A stretch of 64,000 bases of DNA, taken from NCBI GenBank assembly GCA_963815095.1, contig CAWFFH010000003.1, forward strand, positions 96,001 through 160,000. Direction: 5' to 3'. Shown here piece by piece: positions 62,528 through 64,000 of the stretch; position 1 is the stretch's first letter; each line of letters begins with the position of its first letter. Under the pieces are notes generated by a model. The model was not told where the DNA came from and did no database searches. It was given only the letters and a program-made list of their open reading frames with translations. Source of the DNA: Candidatus Bathyarchaeota archaeon. GTDB taxonomy: Archaea > Thermoproteota > Bathyarchaeia > Bathyarchaeales > Bathycorpusculaceae. The translations under genes were made by a program, and so were the position numbers.

Positions 62528-64000
62528 TCAAGTGTGATTTGCAGGATCAAGTTTTGCGAGCGGAAATTCAAGCGTGAAACGTGTGCCTTTTCCTATCGCG
62601 CTTTCAACCTTTACGTTGCCATTTAAAGCTTCAGTCAACTTCTTCACAACTGCCAAGCCAAATCCTTGACCTTTAGCTTTAGTCGTAAAAAGGGGCTTGA
62701 AGAGTTTATCTTTAATTTCGGCAGGTATTCCTAAACCTGTGTCCGCAACACTGATAACTACCACATTATCCTTATGGACCGCAGCTAATGTCAAGCTTCC
62801 CCCTTCAGGCATTGCCTGAATTGCGTTTGAACACAGGTTGGTTAGTATTCTCTTCATGGCTGAAGGGTCAGTAATCAGCTTATTAAAAAAAGGTTCAATA
62901 GAATAATCTGTTTTTGTATTTTCAGGAATTTTAAGGGCGGAAAAAATATCCTCAACTAGCTTTGTTAAGTCAGTTTCTTCAAGACAAGGCTTCAAAGGTT
63001 TAGCGAAGTCTTGGAGGTCTGTAACAATCTTGTTAATGTAAAAGGTATTATCCTCGATAGCCTGCAGACAATCTCTTAGGCACAACTTAATAGGGCTGTC
63101 AGGCAACTCATCAATTTCTTTCTTGGAGAGGAACAAATCTCCAATGATAGCCTGTAACGGATTACGGATGTCATGGCCAACCATGCCCGCTGTAGCACCT
63201 ATCGCGGCTAAACGTTCAGAGTCCCGCAGTTGTTGCTCTAAGTTTTTGCGCTCGGTCACATCATTAAATAATATTGCGACTTTTCGGATTTTTTCCTCGC
63301 CAACTGGAAACGCAAAAACATCATAGTAACGATTCAACGCCTTTGCCTCGTTCGTAAAACGGATAGGTTCACCAGTAAGGGCAACATTACCATAAATCTC
63401 AAACCAATAAGGCTCATGGTTTGGGACAAGACTACGCATCAGTTTTCCCTTTGCATCGCGTAACCCCGTTTGCCGCTCAAATGAAGCATTGACTTCCAAA
63501 AAACTGTAATCCAAAGGCTTACAATTCTTGTCAAAAACCATTTCGATAATAGAAAAACCCTCATCAATTGAATCAAATAAAGTTCGATATTTCTCTTCGC
63601 TAATCTTTAGCGAGAATGTGCGATTTTCTACTATTTCCTGTAGTTTTTTTCGTTCGACCGCATAGTTTATGGCTCGAACTAGCAGTGGACCGTCAATTTT
63701 TCCTTTAATAAGGTAATCTTGGGCACCTTTGCGCACCGCTTCGAGAGCCAAAGCATCGTTTGTGTAAGCAGTCAATATCAAGATGGGAACATTCTTTGCC
63801 ACAATCTGAATTTTTTCAAAAGTGTTTAACCCTTGGCTGTCGGGTAATCCAAGATCAAGTAAAACTGCATCTACATCTCCTGTTGCCAAACGATCTATTC
63901 CTTTTGAAAGTCTGTCAACACGCTCGATATGGCCTGCCAGAGTCTCTTCTTTGAGCATCTCCTGGATAAGTCGGGCGTCGCCTGCGTTGTCTTCAATTAA
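62528..64000 (-). CDS. Hybrid sensor histidine kinase (REC-PAS-HisKA-HATPase), 5' truncated by window
   Basis: Frame open to the window end (LIEDNAGDA); LLDLGLPD, HDIRNPL, NAIQA, DTGLG, GQGFGL. Confidence 0.93.
   Translation of the reverse strand, partial: LIEDNAGDARLIQEMLKEETLAGHIERVDRLSKGIDRLATGDVDAVLLDLGLPDSQGLNTFEKIQIVAKNVPILILTAYTNDALALEAVRKGAQDYLIKGKIDGPLLVRAINYAVERKKLQEIVENRTFSLKISEEKYRTLFDSIDEGFSIIEMVFDKNCKPLDYSFLEVNASFERQTGLRDAKGKLMRSLVPNHEPYWFEIYGNVALTGEPIRFTNEAKALNRYYDVFAFPVGEEKIRKVAILFNDVTERKNLEQQLRDSERLAAIGATAGMVGHDIRNPLQAIIGDLFLSKKEIDELPDSPIKLCLRDCLQAIEDNTFYINKIVTDLQDFAKPLKPCLEETDLTKLVEDIFSALKIPENTKTDYSIEPFFNKLITDPSAMKRILTNLCSNAIQAMPEGGSLTLAAVHKDNVVVISVADTGLGIPAEIKDKLFKPLFTTKAKGQGFGLAVVKKLTEALNGNVKVESAIGKGTRFTLEFPLAKLDPANHT

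Overview
Archaeal chromosome segment, most likely from Candidatus Bathyarchaeia (inferred from gene content: CdvA-like coiled coil, MptN/RimK ligase, pantoate kinase, L37e, SmAP, archaeal AbrB-PhoU regulator). It carries housekeeping genes (metG, valS, nadX, coaD, rpl37e, Lsm, tRNA-Lys(UUU)), katG, an arsenic cluster (arsR-arsM divergent from acr3-arsC-orf-orf-double arsC) and a ~19 kb phosphate/polyphosphate region (secreted phosphatase, CYTH, ppk1, CHAD-metallophosphoesterase-HD fusion, ppx, ppk2, phoU, pstSCAB, regulator, second pstS, HAD). The most notable signals are: (1) a clear TPP riboswitch whose 3' end holds the Shine-Dalgarno site of thiT; (2) a candidate Val-Val-Val-Val leader peptide inside a hairpin upstream of valS, suggesting attenuation in an archaeon; (3) a CdvA-like protein with a ~1150-aa acidic repeat tail including 4 near-identical 522-bp units; (4) an RHH domain fused to an alpha-ribazole-kinase-like domain; (5) CTATATAG-like boxes in front of phosphate genes and several unannotated Cys-rich microproteins. 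Several apparent 1-nt frameshifts lie in homopolymer runs and are probably sequencing errors. All family calls come from motif recognition, not database searches.
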